Made by a program: the position numbers and the translations under genes. From a virus (lineage: Duplodnaviria > Caudoviricetes): a DNA stretch of 44,326 nt. The DNA lies in IMG/VR virus record IMGVR_UViG_3300020045_003211, positions 1-44,326 of that record; one strand, given 5' to 3'. Positions within the stretch are counted from its first letter, which is position 1; each line of letters begins with the position of its first letter. This document shows positions 41,654 through 44,326 of this stretch, one piece after another. A model generated the notes under the pieces. It was given only the letters and a program-made list of their open reading frames with translations. It did no database searches and was not told where the DNA came from.

Positions 41654-42205
41654 CTAAAAATTTATCACATAATTGTTACCTGAACACCCACAATTATTTC
41701 TTGTGAAAGAATTTAATAATTTTGTTGCTTGTAGATATAATTTATTGGCTTCTAGAATAGCACAATTATTAGCAGCAGCTATTGCTCCCTGTATAAAGAA
41801 ATATATTGTATTAAGGTCAACTTTGGCTTGCATTTTAATTGCCTTGTCACATTCCATTATATCTAGTTGCATAAAAGCCTCATCAAACTTTTCCTGTAAT
41901 TTATCAACTCTCATTATATTCTTCTCCAGAGAATATGTAGGAACAGCATCTGTTGTATAAAGGATTGTATATACACCATCAGGAAGAGGTAATAAATCTT
42001 CTCCAATTGCTGTAAGTTCTAAATCTAGAGAATCAATAATGTTCATTACATCAGGAACAAATACAACATCTACAGGATCAAATCCCGGAGCTGTAATAGT
42101 TAGTTTAGGAGCTGTAGGAACAACATCATAAGTTGAATTATCCATTACTCCCATTGTATATTTATTATATGTTGGTGGTACTAAAAAATCTAAAGTTGTT
42201 GCCAT
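41654..42205 (-). CDS. Conserved crAss-like structural protein, 183 aa
   Basis: Ig-like N-terminal half (LPLPDGVYTILY), helical C-terminal half ending NNCGC; head-tail module position. Confidence 0.65.
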   Translation of the reverse strand: MATTLDFLVPPTYNKYTMGVMDNSTYDVVPTAPKLTITAPGFDPVDVVFVPDVMNIIDSLDLELTAIGEDLLPLPDGVYTILYTTDAVPTYSLEKNIMRVDKLQEKFDEAFMQLDIMECDKAIKMQAKVDLNTIYFFIQGAIAAANNCAILEANKLYLQATKLLNSFTRNNCGCSGNNYVINF

Positions 42206-43041
42206 TATCTATTGTCTTTAATTTGTTTAATTGCTTTTCCTATTACAAACATTTCTTTATGTGTAAAATTATTCATTCTGGCTGTATTACATTCCCAACA
42301 ACAAGATACACAGTTTTCTTGTGTGTGGCCTTTAGTATTATCAATTCTGTCTAAACCTGTTGAGGGATAATCACAATATACACAATTTAATTTTAGCATT
42401 TTTTGTATATATTCCTTCGTCAAATCATTTTGGAAATTTTTCTTGTAATCTATTTTTGAGTAATTACTAAATAATATAACATCTCTATTACCCTTATTCC
42501 AGTTTCCTTTTTCTAGTTTTCTTGCACTCTTTTCTTCTTCTGTCATCCCCCCTAACATATTCTTTCTATAGGCAGAATAACAACATTTACACCATGCAGT
42601 ATACATATTTTTTGCTCTGGAATAATAAAATTCTCCTATAGTTTGTTCTACATTACAATTTGTGCATACTTTTCTAGTAGTTAGGGGAAGTGGCCCAATT
42701 AATAGCCTCTCTTTTAATCTTAACTCTCTATACTTAATTTCACAATTAATACAAATTTTATTAAATCCTTTACTATTTTTTGTAAAATTTTCCTCTGTTA
42801 AGTCTTTAACTTCTCCACATTTCTTACAAAACTTTTGCCTAATAAAACTATCCCCTTCTCTTCTTCCTGAAATAGGAGTATTATTTTTTCTTCTAATACT
42901 GTTTGAGCAATTTTTACATGTACCAGAATAACATTTAGTTGGACTATGATATTGAAAATCTATTATTAATTCTTTGTTCTCTAAACACACTTTACATATT
43001 TTAAAACCATCAATAACTGGATAATACCTTGTTGTTTTCAT
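42205..43041 (-). CDS. HNH endonuclease with tandem zinc-ribbon repeats, 278 aa
   Basis: CVYC...GLDRIDNTKGHTQENCVSCCWECN core preceded by three units of paired CxxC. Confidence 0.85.
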   Translation of the reverse strand: MKTTRYYPVIDGFKICKVCLENKELIIDFQYHSPTKCYSGTCKNCSNSIRRKNNTPISGRREGDSFIRQKFCKKCGEVKDLTEENFTKNSKGFNKICINCEIKYRELRLKERLLIGPLPLTTRKVCTNCNVEQTIGEFYYSRAKNMYTAWCKCCYSAYRKNMLGGMTEEEKSARKLEKGNWNKGNRDVILFSNYSKIDYKKNFQNDLTKEYIQKMLKLNCVYCDYPSTGLDRIDNTKGHTQENCVSCCWECNTARMNNFTHKEMFVIGKAIKQIKDNR

Positions 43042-43065
43042 TAGTTATATTATTTATATTTATTA

Positions 43066-43097
43066 CAAATATAATCAACAACAACTCTATATCCAAA
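43066..43097 (-). promoter_or_regulatory. Bacteroidota-type (-33/-7) promoter, perfect consensus
   Basis: Minus strand reads TTTG-N20-TATATTTG, 24 nt upstream of the ATG at 43041. Confidence 0.8.
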
Positions 43098-43127
43098 TTA
43101 TTTTAATAATTTTATTTTAATTTTAAT

Positions 43128-43160
43128 AAAAAAGGGAGAGAGTTTTTACTCATCTCCCTT
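43128..43160 (-). terminator. Rho-independent terminator after the capsid-associated gene
   Basis: Minus strand AAGGGAGATGAGT-AAAA-ACTCTCTCCCTT hairpin followed by a U-run. Confidence 0.85.
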
Positions 43161-43181
43161 AATTATTAGGTATTTACATTA

Positions 43182-43196
43182 TAACTTCTTGGGTTA
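43182..43196. promoter_or_regulatory. TAAC-N7-GTTA palindromic site
   Basis: TAACTTCTTGGGTTA overlaps the stop codon of the upstream gene, as at 22424 and 37132. Confidence 0.55.
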
Positions 43197-44326
43197 TAAA
43201 GTGGTAGTTGTAGTTGTAGTGGCCGGAACAGTAGTAGTGGTAGTTGTGGTCGGTACAGTTGTTGTACTTGTAGTTGTAATACAAGCAACATCTGAAGCAA
43301 CAGTACCAAGAGCAGCTTCTAACACCCCTTCAAGTTCTGTAGCTAATGCACCACCAGAAATAACAGCAATAATCACCATATTATCTGTAGGAATATAGTC
43401 ACCCCAATTCTGAGTAGGAGCATCGTAGTCATTAAATTTAATGTAATAAGTATCATACACCTGTGTCAAATCTACAAATGAATCAAAATTCTGATTATAT
43501 CCACCAATTCTGTAAAGATGTTTCAAATAACCAGCTTGATAAGAATAGAAATTCTTTTCAAGTTGTGCAATTTCTTCACCAGTTCCAGAGGCATAATTAG
43601 ATTTCTGAACAACAGTAGCTTCAGCAACAATATTACAACTATCACTTACAATAAAGTCAGCAGTTGTAGCAGGGCCAGAATATACAAATGTATTGAAATA
43701 CAAACGGTCATATTCCCAAGGGAAAGCAGCAACATCACAAGGTTGTCCATAAGCTGTTAAAGCTTTTCCAGTAATACGAAGAATAGTTCCACCTACATTT
43801 TCAAATGTATAGAATTTACTCAAGCCAATATTATCAGGATTAATTCCGGGAGCTGTAGCATTAAGTTTTACAATAAATGCATCAATCAATGCAGAAACAT
43901 CAGTAGTTTCACAAGGATCACCACCACAATCACAACAAGGTGCTTGTACAGTTACTGAACGTGTAAAACCATTAAAATATAAAGTTTGCAAATAACTAGA
44001 GAACCCACGAATGGTGAGAGTTACAACATCTCCACATTTTACATTCCATGTGTCAATATCTGTAATCTGATTTACAGGAGTTGGGCAACCCCCTACTTTA
44101 TACCATTCAGTTACATTAGTTCTGCAACCACTTCCTGAAGGGCAACCCTTAATTTTATCAGAACGCTTGCTACCCTGAAGATAGTTATTTGTACGTCCTT
44201 GTGCTACATAAAAATATGGAGCAGCAGCAATAGTGCCAATCAAGGCAACAGAATAATCATTCTTAAAAAGGCCAAGTTGACCTGCAGTAAGATTTTGTGT
44301 AGATCCAGAACTAGGCAAAGCAGTTT
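43194..44326 (-). CDS. Auxiliary capsid/structural protein (crAss gene following the major capsid protein), 5'-partial
   Basis: Frame stays open to the right edge (...TALPSSGSTQ); YASGTGEEIAQLEK and YDTYYIKF resemble crAss auxiliary capsid proteins; poly-Thr tail; strong terminator downstream. Confidence 0.7.
   Translation of the reverse strand, partial: TALPSSGSTQNLTAGQLGLFKNDYSVALIGTIAAAPYFYVAQGRTNNYLQGSKRSDKIKGCPSGSGCRTNVTEWYKVGGCPTPVNQITDIDTWNVKCGDVVTLTIRGFSSYLQTLYFNGFTRSVTVQAPCCDCGGDPCETTDVSALIDAFIVKLNATAPGINPDNIGLSKFYTFENVGGTILRITGKALTAYGQPCDVAAFPWEYDRLYFNTFVYSGPATTADFIVSDSCNIVAEATVVQKSNYASGTGEEIAQLEKNFYSYQAGYLKHLYRIGGYNQNFDSFVDLTQVYDTYYIKFNDYDAPTQNWGDYIPTDNMVIIAVISGGALATELEGVLEAALGTVASDVACITTTSTTTVPTTTTTTTVPATTTTTTTL
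43197..43280 (-). repeat. Poly-Thr (ACN) coding tract
   Basis: ITTTSTTTVPTTTTTTTVPATTTTTTTL, with mixed third codon positions. Confidence 0.85.

Larger units (their letters stand above)
1..44326 (-). other. Structural, cargo and virion-RNAP module of a crAss-like (Crassvirales-related) bacteriophage, probably with a Bacteroidota host
   Basis: Giant ORF with the crAss-type RNAP motifs RIPTQ and GSDFDIDK. Gene order capsid accessory > IHF-like > tail tubular > tail stabilization > cargo > vRNAP matches crAss-like phages. TTTG-N19/20-TAnnTTTG promoters, no obvious Shine-Dalgarno sites, single coding strand. Confidence 0.9.

Noticed and set aside
21680-43041. Group I introns or inteins associated with the endonucleases or in vRNAP
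   Set aside because: Flanking genes are intact, there is no non-coding space for a ribozyme core, and I saw no intein splice motifs. An Infernal/HMM scan would confirm.
27682-43280. GTT/GTA-rich repeats as a CRISPR array or DGR template/variable repeats
   Set aside because: They are in-frame Thr codons with no repeat-spacer structure, no adenine-specific paired repeat, and no reverse transcriptase in the window.
1133-43760. All plus-strand ORFs in the track (60-165 aa)
   Set aside because: They lie antisense to long minus-strand genes and have the Ser/Phe/Leu-rich composition of shadow frames, with no recognisable motifs.
403-44326. Stop-codon reassignment (TAG/TGA), known in some crAss-like phages
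   Set aside because: Genes tile the window at full length in the standard code, and TAG (403) and TGA (41519) act as stops.
1-44326. tRNA, rRNA or other structured ncRNA genes
   Set aside because: Intergenic gaps are short, AT-rich and explained by promoters and a terminator; no cloverleaf seen.
43194-44326. Calling the right-edge ORF the major capsid protein
   Set aside because: No HK97-type crAss MCP features were recognised; its motifs and position fit the accessory gene that follows the MCP.

Overview
The window is about 44 kb of an AT-rich, crAss-like (Crassvirales-related) phage genome, most likely infecting a Bacteroidota host. Every credible gene is on the minus strand, tightly packed with TAATG/ATGA overlaps, in the standard genetic code. 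In transcription order (right to left): an auxiliary capsid protein cut by the edge; an HNH endonuclease; small Cys-rich structural proteins, including an unlisted 33-aa ORF; tail collar/fibre proteins; a ring protein; an IHF-like protein; a tail tubular protein; a second HNH; the tail stabilization (muzzle) protein, apparently split by an endolysin, a holin and a Thr-rich gene; cargo proteins with repeated xxGG motifs; a GIY-YIG endonuclease; a 4403-aa virion RNA polymerase; and a 1792-aa polyvalent cargo protein. Most notable: (1) an ADP-ribosyltransferase-like domain in the 1792-aa protein lies next to a SLOG domain fused to the RNAP C-terminus, suggesting an injected NAD+/ADP-ribose module; (2) tandem TAAC-N7-GTTA palindromes sit upstream of Bacteroidota-type promoters; (3) CCWGG appears to be completely avoided; (4) the muzzle gene is split; (5) mucin-like poly-Thr tracts occur in five virion proteins. 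All family calls come from motif recognition and gene order, not from database searches.
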